A model generated the notes under the pieces. It had not been told where the DNA came from, searched no databases, and was given only the letters and a program-made list of their open reading frames with translations. From Veleropilina oligotropha (lineage: Eukaryota): a stretch of 64,000 bases of DNA. Every line of letters starts with the position of its first letter. Within the stretch, counting starts at the first letter, position 1. Position numbers and translations under genes: made by a program. Positions 22,228 to 36,100 of the stretch are shown here, piece after piece. The DNA lies in contig JBEUKZ010000018.1 in the NCBI GenBank assembly GCA_048128005.1, positions 248,001 to 312,000 of the forward strand. The letters are read 5' to 3'.

Positions 22228-25200
22228 AACCACGTTGTGGTATTCAATCTGCAGTCGAACGCGATGTTCCCGGACAAAATGGACGTGTGCTGCTGATTTA
22301 CAAAACTTCTATATTTTTATAATATATTCATTTTCTGTGCCATCATTAAATGTGTGTGACAGAACATGAGATGCGCCATGAACAAGGTCGGACCAAGATT
22401 CATATGTACATATTCGTATCTTGTCGTGTTTATGTGAAACTGAGAATGGTCACAAAGCAATATTATACCAATGTTTTATATTCATACGGTCATTAGTAAA
22501 ATACTTTTGTCTTTTAGTTGCTATGGATATTTTAGCGTATGGTTGCATATATAATATTGACCAATCGTCGGCTGTATGTTTTCTTGCCAAAGTTTCCGAT
22601 GTGATTGAAGAATTGTAAATATACGTTATGTAGAGAGAGCCGAAGTGCAATTATGATGAAGTAGACTTCTATCTAAGAGAGAAATATTGTAGGAGTGAGT
22701 AGATTGTGTAGTCTACTGAAACTCACTAATGAGTAAGAAGACGCATAATTTTGATAATACCATGAAAATGAATTATTACTTTTATATTTATAGCTTGTGT
22801 ATATTAATTAAAGTTTGTAGATTTTTCGTACTTATCAAAGAGAAATAAAACAATGAATGAGATGCACAAGCACCAAATATATTTTGCTTTCAGACATTAA
22901 TCAAGAAATGCTTTCTGGCTGTATAATATTTCCCATTTTCTCACTATTGTATGCTAAGCATAATGAGAGGATAACCCTGTCCTGCTTTCAACATACTTTG
23001 AAATGTCCAAAATAGAAATAACTTTCACACTGTATGTTGGTACTGGACTCCATTGCATAGATATAAATTATAATAGATACCTTTGGGAGTCTGATGCTAA
23101 GCATGGGAGCTTTCGGGACCTCCCGGTCTCTTCTTCAGCCATAGTTGGTATGAGCTGCCTGCTGTATACAACAATCTTCGATCATGTGACACCGTGTCAC
23201 ATGACCGAGGGTGACGTCATATCTATTAGAATTTATAGAAATAACTTTGTTAGTATGTTTAATGTCTTAATTTGTTTATTAACAGAAAACAAACGCCATC
23301 GTCATTGCACAAACCATCAATAGTGTTGTTAACAATTTCCGTAGAATTCTATAATCAACTGCTCAAGGGCAGGATCAAACAAACAACGAATCGGCATGAG
23401 GATGGTGCAACTTCAATTGCGAACAACAGAATTATATGAATGAAAAATTGTGCGCCTGGTTGTGAAATATCAATGCATCCATCTGTGTCCTCTAAACAAT
23501 AAAGAAAATATTTCAAAACGGTAAAAATGTCATTTGAGATTTCTTATGCTGCATTAATATTCGTATGCTGCTTATAGGTGGAAATATTTGGCAAAGGAAA
23601 AAAATATTCTGAACAAGATTGTAACTGGAAATGGTATCAGCTGAACCCATATTATGGTGTTCAAAGTAACTTGTAGTTCGGTCTCCATTGCATAACATGT
23701 ACATTTGATCATTTTTTAAAATCGTTTCATCAACCTATTTCTCTGGTACGAATATTTATTGTCCAAATTTTGCACATTTCAGTGTGTTATAATTGCTTTG
23801 ATATCGGTCTTCAGCGTGAAACCTTTTTTTGGTCATATCTTGATATTTATTTTGTACCCAACAATCATTAGATTAAATTGCTTGAATTGATTGTACAATG
23901 CTCTCAGTTGAAATGGTATCTAGAGTGAAACAGGCCCATCACAAGGAAGACAATTTTAACATTTTTATTGACGAATGGAATGGGATATATATTGAACAAT
24001 GAAATGGGAGGTTACAACATTCCTGGATTGTGAAATATTCATAACATTCATATCAACACACAGACATATAATTCGTGAATTTAATTAGGTCTGGTTGATG
24101 GGCATCCTTATAATGAGATGGCAAGTGCTTCGTTATAATATCACCACGCCGGTTGGCAAGCGCTTAATTATTACTCCTGCAACAACGAAGTTGGAGCTGG
24201 ATATAAAAACAAGTTCCGTCCGACATCGATGACTATGTCTTCTTGCTTAATTATAATTATCACAGCAATACCTCATATAAATTGATCATGTCTCTGGGTA
24301 TGAAATGTTAAAGTTTGTAGTCACAATGTAGCTATTTAAATGTATTATCTCTAACTATTACGTCTTCCATTTTATATATTATTGCAACAGACTAGTTTTG
24401 TCCATTTTGTTTTTTTGATATGTCTTTTTCTGATTATCATATGAGATAGATTGATATTTCAAAAAGTTTAGTTATCAGTTGACGTCTTGATTACATAATG
24501 ATATCTGTCTCCTATCACCATCAGATTTAATGAAAAATCTTTTGCCTGTCTGTTACAGGGATGCTAGTAGCTTCTGTCATATTACGTCTCTTTATTGTCA
24601 TTTCATCAAATCGATGATCGTGATGCCTTATTGTTGTCCAATTACAACAAGAAATTTCTTGATCTTTTATATCACAATTTTTTTTCGAAACATTTCGATC
24701 TTTGTCATTCTATGGGAGATAACTCTGTCACCCTTTGGAGATAACTTGAGTTTCCTTTTATATTACACTAAGTCTGCAGGATGCAAATATTACTTTGGAA
24801 CAGATTCCATTAAATCAGTGCAATGGATGTCGCTTGTCGTAACATTCTGGTTTCTAATAATTGTTCTTTTACATACTGTATTATTAAACAGAAAATATAC
24901 ATTGAAGCTTAATATTGAGCTGCAGACGTGATATTTTATTATCTGCTGTTGTTTGTCACATACTTTGACCTTCAAAATTTGATATCTGCAATGTGCTATT
25001 TATAATCTAATCATTTTGCCAACATTTTGTATTTATAAAAATATATGTAAATATACGCGTGTCAGGATACAAGCATTCTTCAGTAACATTATTGTGGTTA
25101 TATATAATTATTAAAGCGTGAATTGTAAACTTGCTAATCATTCATGTATTTATCCCGAGTATATATATATTATGTATAGGAGTGTATATTTACGGGTTTA

Positions 25201-26459
25201 TACTGTATTATAGGGACTTGGTGTATCATTAACTTACTGTGTATTGTAAGCAGTTGTATACAAATATTTCATATATTATGAATTTAAATAAAATTTGTAT
25301 ATTGCATACATTTTGTGTTGAATTGCTTATTTATAGATGCATCGCTGTTCCTGGATTAACTCTACCAATGGCCGCACCGGTAGCCGTGTCCGACTCGCTT
25401 GACTGCTCTGGTTCGACACTTTCTTTCAACAATAATATTGGTTTGAACCCGACATTACAAATCAAATCCATTTCAATATGCTTAATTCAGAATATTTCAA
25501 TAATGAGTCTTGATGGCTTAAAACCAGTTACCCGTCCTTCGAACAGAGAATTTAAAGCCACATCATCAAAGAAAGTATTTGTAGTGAAAATGTTTGAATA
25601 ATGGCATAATTTTTAAGTAATGGGAGATAACTATGCCATACGAGGCATGATCGCACATAGACTGCACATGTTCAGTCCATATCAAAGTTGGGAATCGCGA
25701 CTTATTTGATCCAGACCACATCATTGTTATGCAAATTACTTTACTGGCATGATGTTTAACTCGCAACACATTTTGGGCCCACCAGTTAGGCAGGGCTATA
25801 GTTGTGGACTGGCGTCTGCTGATCTTTCTGTCACGCTGGACCTATGCTTTTCATATTTCGATATACACCTTGTATTTCCAATCTGGACTTGGAAGATTGC
25901 TAAAATTTCTGTCAAATAGAAAACTAAACGCTGGACCTACGCTTTCCATATTTGGTATACCATCAGGCCTTGCCTAAGTTCAAAGATGGGGTCATTGGGT
26001 CGTCATTTTCGTGTATTTCCGTTCTTGACTTGGAAGATGGCTTTCTGTCAAATAGAAGACAAACCGCTGGACCTACGCTTTTCATATTTGGTATACACCT
26101 TGTGTACCATCAGGCCTTGCCTAAGTTCAAAGTTGTGGTCACTGGGTCAAATGTCAAGTTCATATTTCATGTACATGTATTTCCGTTCTGGATTTGCAAG
26201 ATTCCTTTCTGTCACATAGTGAAGATGAACCGCTAGACCTACACCTTTCATATTTGGTATGCACCTTGTGTACCGCCAATTCAAATATGGGGTCATATGA
26301 ACTATTGTAAAACATATACTTTCTGAAAATTATTACGAAATTTATTATAGCGTCATTGATTATTTAATCTCTATGGTTGTATTATATACAAAAGGTGGGC
26401 CAGTATGAGGAGCATACCTCGAGTCTAAAAGTATGACACATTGACTAAGGATAATTATT

Positions 26460-27850
26460 GTAACCCCCGTGCTACGAAGTAGCTGGGGGTATATAGCATT
26501 CCGTTCGTTCGTCCTTCGACTTTGTCCAGGGCATATTTCCAAAACCGTATATGCTCGCTTCACGAAACTTCATGCACTCATTAACTAGGTTGAGTACTTT
26601 TGCCTTGTGCTATTTTCAGGTTTCTGAAATTTTATTTAAAAAAAAATTACTGATCAAAGACACATAGACTACAATGAACTAGCGAAACCTCGACCCAGCA
26701 AGTCGAGGGGATGTATCTCCTCCCACGGTAGCATAAATCAATAGGCACCATGTCCTCATCATACCAAACATGTATACCAAATTTGAATCAAATCGGATTA
26801 GAACTATTCACTGTAGATGGCGCACGACATATATATTCAAATAAAATGGCCGCCGCGACGGCCATCTTGGATCTGAAAACAAAAGGAAATCGTTAGGCGG
26901 CGTGTCCTCATCATAACTAACTTGCATATCAAATCGGATAATAACTTTTCACTGTAGAGGGCACACAGGAAATCTCTCCAAACAAAATGGCTGCCACGGC
27001 GGCCATCTTGGATCCGAAAACGACGAAAATCGTTACGTGGCGTGTCATCATAACTGAGGTGCATACCAAATTTGAATCAAGTCTGATTATAATCTTTCAC
27101 TGTAGAGCGCACACAAGAAATCTCTGCGGTGGCAGTGGACATGGCTGAACGATGACTAAACCATACTATCCCCGAAATGTTAAATTTCGGTGATACAATG
27201 AAGCCAATGAATGGCATGTGCGACGATTTTGTCCGGAGCATATCTTCCAAGCCCTACATGCTAGCGTATCGAAACTTCATACACTCATTAACTAGGTTGA
27301 GTACTTGTGCCTTTTCAGGAATCTGAAATTTTTATTTTTACAAAAAATGGCGGATATAAGATTGACATAGACTATAATGGAGGACGCTATTGTCCGGAGC
27401 ATATCTTCAAAACCGTACAGGTTAACTTCACTAAACTTGGTATACACACTAAATAGGTTGAGTACTTGTGCCTTTTGCTAATTTCAGGTTTTTGAAATTT
27501 TTATTTTCAAAAATGGCGGATATTAGTTTGACTTAGACTATAATGGACGACGCCTTTGTCCAGAGCATGTCAAAACGTGGTACATGTACAAACATTAATT
27601 AAGTTAAGTGGTTGTGCCTTGATTTAAATACAAAAAATGGCATATGTAAAATTGCCATAGATTATGTGCGACACTTCTGACCGGAGCATATCTTCCAAAC
27701 CGTACCAATTATCTTCACGAAACCTGGTCCACACGCTAACTAGGTTAAGTAGTTATGTCTTTTGCTACTTTAACATTTCTGAAATATATATTTTTAAAAA
27801 ATTACTGATATAATTAATATTGACCTGGACTGCAAAAATACAATGATAAA
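26460..27850. mobile_element. Nested Helentron/HINE-like non-autonomous elements with tandem cores
   Basis: Hairpin ACCCCCG...GGGGT plus TTCG/GTCC microsatellite at ~26463-26520 and repeated TCCGGAGCATATCTTC cores. Interrupted by an inverted copy (26679-27200) of the 16250 element. Confidence 0.5.
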
Positions 27851-27963
27851 AACACCAAACAGCGTGCAATTTTTTTTTTAATAATACTATATTGAAATTT
27901 AATTTTTGAAGTGTAACTTTATTTCTTTTGTTTACTTATGTAAATATTATGTATGTACGATGA

Positions 27964-28223
27964 GGGAGGAATGATGCTTAATGTCCTGTATATTTACAAC
28001 ATCGAGGTTCAAGGCAGGACATGTCCGTGTTATCGCGGGAGGAAACCCCGGTCGCCCGGGTAAACCCGCCCTCTTCGGCCAGTCACGGACAACTGTGATT
28101 CATAACTTGAACAAATTTCAATGCCTCAGCCAGGTATTGAACCCACTACTGTTCGCATTAGCGGAATCAAGCCAGTGAATTTAGAGTGGACACTCTACCC
28201 ACTGCGCTGCCGAAGCGGCCCAG
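27964..28223 (-). mobile_element. tRNA-derived SINE, full length, 14-bp TSD
   Basis: TSD TGTATGTACGATGA at 27950-27963 and 28224-28237. Minus-strand head with A/B-box-like motifs (CAGTGGGTAGAG, GGTTCAATACC). Nearly identical to 57322-57584. Confidence 0.88.
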
Positions 28224-30105
28224 TGTATGTACGATGAAAGGGACGTACTTATCTGTAAGACTTGCTCACCATGATTAGGTATAGTAAGCTGTTAAGCTTA
28301 TTCGTCACTCTGTGGAGCTGGGATTATCAAAACAGATCAATTGAATGGATATTGAAAACTGACTTCCTCATTGATTTATTCCATGGGTATCTTAAAATGG
28401 GATTATATATTGCCATTACAAGAGCAGACTGTATGTCCAGTGTCTAATATCACTCTCCTCAATTGACCAGGGTTCATATATAATTGAATCCCCAGACTAT
28501 AGTCAGGGACACTATGGTTTAGTCATCGTTTCACCGCAGCGTCTGCAGAGATTTCTTATTTTTTCAAGAATAATGGCTGATATAACATTGACAGCACTGA
28601 ATGGGGGTATGTAAGCTGCGCTTACCTCTTTCTTGTTTTCTTTGCTAACCCTGCTTACTTATTGCATTAATCCAAATATACATACCTATTACCACAAATG
28701 TCCCATATTGCATATATTCTGTCTTTGAGAGCTCATCTGGTACAGCATCGGAAAAACGCGTGCGTACGTGAAGTGGATATTACGATGTGGGTTCAGTTAC
28801 CTCTCAAGCCAGCTTTATTGGCTCGCATGCAACGCAAATGCGAGTCTATGTAATGAGCATGTCGTCTGACCGTTCGTCCAACCGTCCGACCGGCGTCAAC
28901 AATTGGTTCTCGGGTTAAAGTTTTTGGATAAAATTTCTTAATCATGCTATATAAGCAACAATATGCATGTTTTAACATTTTTATCTGATAGATATCACTA
29001 TTTCATCATTACCTCGCACTAAATAAATAATATTGAAGGCAATTTCCTTCGAATTTCACAATAAAATGCTGATTTTGGACTTCAAGTTCAAGTTTTTGGT
29101 TAGAGATTCTCAATCATGCTATATAAGCAACGATATGCATGTTTTAGCATTAATATATGTTGGATATCACTATTTCATTGTTATCTGACCATAAATAATT
29201 AATATTGAACATAATTGTGCCCCCACAAATGAAGTTATGGGGGGAGATATAGCAGTCTGTCTGTCGGTCTGTTGCAAATTCCCTTCCACTCCATATCTAT
29301 GATACTTGATGCGTGGATGCGTCATAACCCAAAGGTGTCGTGTACGGAAAATAGGTCACCATGACCTAATTTTTGCGCTTGATCGCATTCGGTCCAAAAT
29401 TCCCTTCCGCTCCATATCTCCCATGCTATTTGACCGAGGGACACGAAACTTGATGTGTGCATGCTTTATATCCTAAATGTGTGTCAGGTTCCAAAATTAG
29501 GTCACAGCGGCAGCCTGTTCCTGGGTCAAGTGCTTTTGTGGGCATATGATCACTTCTGGTCATAGTTTAATTCAAATTTTACCATAAAATGCTGCTTTTC
29601 CTCAAGCATGCTATATGTGCAATAATAGGCATACTTTAGCATCTTCCTTTGTCAGATATCACTATTTCATTGTCATCTAGAACTATTGAAAGCAATTTAA
29701 TTGAAATTCTGAATATATATTTTGGCTTGATTTTTACAACTTTTTATATGCTTTATATGTCTATTTCAAATTGACAATGTCATCTACTATTGAATGTAGA
29801 CACATTACTCATGAAATATAAGTGATTGATGCGCAGTTTCACGCTTTTCGAGCTTTTAGCTCTTGTTCTAACTCTTTAATATTAACATCTTCACAGGATT
29901 GCAAAACAGAGGTTTAGAATACAAGCACGACTGATAAACTTTGTGGTCGTAAAACCGATTTATCTATCTCAACTTTTGGAGTGACTAATTGTTCGACCAT
30001 TTAATGATATTTTGTTTACTAATGCATTTTCCATATGAATAACCACTTCGATGACAGCTATGATAATAAAATGAGATGATATGTCTGCAACTAATACAAT
30101 TGATA

Positions 30106-33100
30106 TTATTTCGCTGTAGCTTTTTTCACAATTTCTTCAGCTCTTAACAATAGTTCGTCTTTCGACATTTTGAAGTCACTTTCTTTCCAAATTTGGCGTA
30201 GTTCATGCAAAGTTTTGGCAAATATTGGTCCCTTGGGAACCTTCAGGGTAAAGAAGTCGTACCCCGTGACTGGAAACCTGGGTGGCTCCCATTCTGTGTA
30301 TTCTGTTAGGAGATCCGACGCACCTTGATATTTCAGTAATTCACAGATTTTGTCCTTTACCTTCGGCTCTTTGCCGGCGGAGTCAATAAACAAATCCTGG
30401 CAGAATTTCATTGGTCGATCACCAAACGGGGTATTCCTGTGCTTGATTATGAATAACGCAAGTCGAAGTTCATCTGAAGACAATTTCAACCTCTTGTTAA
30501 GATCATAAGCCTGTTGGAAAGAATAATATTGTGATTTTCATTGTACACATATGAACAATGATTTCTGAAATTGTACGCTAAAAATATACTTTGGAATTGT
30601 GGTGTCTGTTAATATGTTATGTATACGTAAATATACTTATCACATGACAATACTGTTATGGAATGGTAAAAGCCGTTCCATAAATTTCGATACAAAAAGA
30701 CACGTCCCATAAGTATGCAAATGAGGGTGAGCATGACGGCCGATCATCGCATTTGGTGCCAAGTTGATTAGGCGGTGCATCACCCTCATTAACATATTGA
30801 ATAATTCATACACGTTGACTCGTCGATTACTAAACGTAAAGAAATGCGTTTAAAAACGCAATAAAATAAGTTTAAAGGTAAATAAAGTCATGTGATAAAG
30901 AAGATATGAAACTTGTGTCCATTTCATATGAGAATTATGAAACTCGTCAGCAAATTTATGTACCTCACCAAGGCTCGGTACATAACTTGTGCCCGACTCG
31001 TTTCATAATTCTCATATGGAATGGACATTCGTTCGATATCCTCTATATATCAAATTCAAATATAAAACTTTCCATGCGTCCTCGGCAGTCGTGTGGTATC
31101 GAGGGTGACTCTGAAATCACTGGCTTGATTGCGGTAACTAGCAGGAGTGGGTTCGAATCTCGGCTGGAACATAAATATTATTTATTCAGTTATCGATCAC
31201 AGTTGTCCGTAACTGGCCGGGTTTCCTCCCGCGATAATTATGGACATGTTCTGCGTTGAACCTGGTGGTTGTAATAAATATACAGGACATTATAATCCAG
31301 CCACGCATGAATAATGAAACAATCCCCCTTTCTTCAAATCATCATAACATCTATTCATGAGGTTATTTATTGCAATATACATATGACGCATGCATCATAC
31401 ATATAATGTCTCATAACGTATTCACCACCAGGGGATTGATTACCCCTACCCCACGGATATGTTCATATTACCCTTGCCGCAGCAATAAAACACTTAGAAC
31501 AATTAGTGTACATGTACCAACAAATGTACAATTTCCATCTTGACTGATATTAACTTATTTAGACTACCTTACCTCTGACTCATCACGCAGAAGGCCCGAG
31601 AGCAGTGTCATCGCAAAGGGAGACAACTGGTGGCTCCTGTCCCACACAGACTTGTACTCCTCGATGTTGGGATTTGGTGGCAACCCTACAACATTCAATA
31701 ACATATTTGACTTTCATTTAAATATATCTGATCCTTTGTGAATTATCATGTAAGTAATTATTTTGAATAAAACTCCCATGCATTCCACAGTTATAGACTT
31801 TCATCACTAATAATAATAATATTAAAACATTTTTTTCTGAGGGTAACTCATTTTAAGTGCTTATTACAACTAATGTCCTTAAGTCCCTCACTAATTATGA
31901 CAAGATACTATTTACAGTACATGTATCAACAAAGCAAGAGATAAGACCACACAAACATAAAATTTTGATTATAGGACTAGATCTTGACCGAATTCTCATC
32001 TATTCCTCGTTGGATTCTGGTCAATCATTACTGAAGGTATCATACATATCCATTTTGAAAAATGACAGGCAATTTCGAGTGAAAACAGAACCTACATTAA
32101 AGTTTTACGAAGCTGGTAGAGGTATTTATGCCACCATACTTGATACATCAGAGGATGACTCGATGTACGTCTCTCGCATTACATCCTGAAGATGCTATTT
32201 CATTGGGAGGACACTAATGCCTTGTTCACACCAGGCAAATATCCCGGTACAATACCGCAATTATCCGGGAGATGTGTTCCCACTAGATAATATACTGCTA
32301 CATGAACCGGCATGAAATCCTGCTTCAGAGCAGGTATTATTCCGCGATGATCCAGGGATCACCCACGTGACTCTATATATCAGTATTGAGCCGGTAAGAT
32401 TAACATCAACGTGGAATAAATTATCCCCAAAAGAACCCGCAAAAAATAGCTTAAGTCTGAAATCTAACCACGATAATACTGATATAATGATGTTATCAGT
32501 ATTGTGTGGATTCTGTCACCTCGGAAACCTCGAGTGACGTCGTAGTTTTTGCGGCGGATTAATCCGCCGCAAAAACTACGACCTCACGAGAGGTTTCGTA
32601 GGTGACAGAATCCACACAATACTGATAACATTTTTATTATATGCCACAATCAATCCTGTCAATTATTATACGAAAAAATACAAACCAGTTTATGTGAAGA
32701 AATTGTCGGTTTAATTTAAATAACGTGAACTATATGACAACGTGGAACAGTATACATGTTATGCGGTTTTTATGAATGAAACTTACTACGTCTATTTTGA
32801 CAGTAGGCCAATGAACAATTTGCGTTCTGCCGTATATTTTACAACACATTTATAAGCAAAAAATTTTCTGATATGTATTAGAAATACCATTTATATAATA
32901 TTTAACTAATTATTTACCATCTATCGCTTTTCGTGAATCTAAATTAAGGCGATTAAATGGGAACTATTTCTTAGGCGAATGAACAAGGAACAAACAAGTA
33001 ACGTGGTCAGACGTGTTCGTTTATAGAGTTGAATTAATTGTTATGGCTATGCTGAAAGTGCAGGTGTATAAGGATATTTGAATGCTGCTTCGATCACTGA

Positions 33101-36100
33101 CTGGAACGGGACTATTATGTATATGGTACGGGAGGACTTCGGAACGTACGTGAGCTCGTGATTTGTTTTCCTGCCATGAAGACCGCCATTTGTTATATCT
33201 TCTTCTCCCGGTAATGTGCCGGGCTCAATGTTGAGCATAATCGCATATTACCATTACGGATACTGCCTTCGCCAAGAGGTTGAGATTTGTACAAATTACC
33301 AGCAGCTTTTCTAGCGTGGTTTATGGACAGACAAAAGGGGTATTTCGGTGAGTTCTGAAGATCGTCTGGTCGCTACCGTTTGTATTCCCTGTACAGTTGT
33401 ACGCCCAAATGGGGAACGCATTCTCGACGTTAGTGGCATACTGCTAATTAATCTGTGCAAGTAAGTCTTATAAATAATTATTTTTTGCATAAATGTACAT
33501 CATTTTATTCTAATATATAATAATAAATTTCTAATTTTGTACATTTTTCTCTATGGTATTTTCATCTATGGTATTTTAATCAAATGACGTCTGCCTCTGT
33601 CCACTCAGATCGTTATTGAATGTGAACAGCTGTGTTTTGACACGTGACTGCTTTGGAAGTAGTTCCTTGAATATATAAGCAGGAGACGGTTTCTTGTGCA
33701 TATATAAGCAGGAGACGTTTTCTGAAAGGTTATCAGCCGTGTCCGTGATACAGGGTCTCGGAAAACTGCGCGAGAATAGGCGTCAGAAAACGACTGGCAT
33801 ATAATAAAATATTATCCTGCGTCTCTACCGGTATCCAAGGTGATCGTGGCATAAGTCTTATTCTCTGATTTGAGTGTTATCTCAGTCTATACCGGTATCC
33901 AAGGTGATCGTGGCATAAGTCTTATTCTCCGATTTGAGTGTTATCTCAGTCTATACCGGTATCCAAGGTGATCGTGGCATAAGTCTTATTCTCCAGATTT
34001 GAGTGTCATCTCAGTCTATACGGTGACTATACCGGTACCCCGCGTGTGATCATGGCATAAGTCTTATTCTCCTGATTTGAGTGTTATCTCAGTCTATACC
34101 GGTATCCAAGGTGATCGTGGCATAAGTCTTATCCTGATTTGAGTGTTATCTCAGTCTATACCGGTAACCCACGTGTGATCGTGGCATAAGTCTCATTCTC
34201 CTGATTTGAGTGTCATCTTACCCATTCTGGCCCCGAGTCCCAGGTCAAGCATAGTCGCCATGATGCTGCTGGAATAGTTTCCACAAATAATTTTCTTCAA
34301 TTCCATCCAAATCCTCTCGCCAGAGATTCCTGATAAAGAGAGGTATGTTTAAAAAAGGATCATGTGTATAAAACTAATATTGCAAATTTGAACACTGTTC
34401 ATCATTTTACAGGCCGCTTCGACAATCGTGTGGTTTTGGTTGTGGAGTCCGAATAATCACTGACTTGATTCCGCTGACGCGATCAGTAGTGGGTCCAAAC
34501 CTCGGCAGGGACATCACACATTTGTTCAAGTTATGGCTCACAGTTGTCCATAACTGGTCGGAGAGGGCGGGTTTCCCCGGGCGACTGGGTTTTCCGCCCT
34601 TGATAATATGGACATGTCCTGTTTTGAACCAAATGATGGGGTGAAATATACGGTACCGAACATTAAGCATCGATCCTTTCCTGTTCATCATATTATATCG
34701 CTTATCATCCCAGCTGTTTAATCAAAGTGCTGAAGCACTGAAGGGACGCAAATGCATCAATTCATTAGAAGGGCCTTGATTAAAACATTGTGAATGTTGC
34801 TTATATCAAATAATTATATGTAGGTAAACCTGCATATCGTCACATTATAGTATTTATTATCAATCGATGGTCGTGATCCATTAAACACAAAGTAACCGTG
34901 TGGTGGACGTGTCATAAGCCCTGACGTACAATTTATTTATGCAAATTTCGGAAAATATAACTTCCTGTACTTCATTACTGACAACTAAGCAGTAATAATA
35001 ATATGCATGCATGAATGCACATTTGATTTCACTGAATATAAATAATATATATTGAAACGGTAGTCATTGACCTGTCAACAGACAGCACATCTCGAAAATC
35101 AAAGTGTTGAAGCACTGAAAACTTGGAAAGCAAAAGTATTGATTTCACAACACAAAAATACTTATTTGTCAAGTTGCAGTTGATGCCCTAAGTTGAATGT
35201 AATTACGAATACCAAAGCAGTTGTTGATGCCAGAGCCATGCAGATCATAGGTCAAAATGAAGGTCATTGTGCATCATTATGCACTGGCTTGAATATAACG
35301 TGCCCGACTATAGAATGGTTAACGTGGTGAAATTGACCAGGAAAATTAACTGACTTTTCTTTTAACAGACAACAATGACAAGTCAGACAGAAGTGACAAT
35401 ATTGTAAATTTTGTAGGCCTATATATTAAGTAAAGAACACATTATATCTTTTGAGTAATTATTGTTTTTAATGTCATTGCATCTTAAATATGTTTACAAT
35501 TACAATGTTTTAATTAAATATATTGTTTATGTATCAAAATTTTAATTTTAGATATAAATTTAAAATAATCAATAAAAAGACAGGTCATATAATAAGGAAG
35601 CTGTACACTACAGCCTCAACATAACGGATCCGATATAACGAGGTAGTTGGAGTCCAAAATTTCGGAGCCGCATTGTATCCGACTGCGTTATAACAAATAG
35701 GAATGTTGTATATTTACATAGGAAGTATATTACATGATATGATGCTACGCAATAAATTAATACTACCATTCTAGTTCATTCAATGATTGATGTACATTGT
35801 TTAGTAAAATTAATACAATACAAAAGTATGTTCATTCAAATATATCTGGTAAATGTTGTTCTTAAATTATCTCATATAAATCGACGTACCGCGGGTACTT
35901 GTATTTATTTCCCATTCTGTAGTCTCCGACAAACACAGATGTCATAATTAGCGCCTTGCTGCTCGAAGTGATGTTTTCCTAACAGCTATTAACAATCTCT
36001 TAATTGTTCCAATTTCTTTACAGCCTGATAACTTCATTATTGCAATGAGTGCCTTTTGTATAAATGACTGATATTTTAATATTTATCATGCCCGACATTA

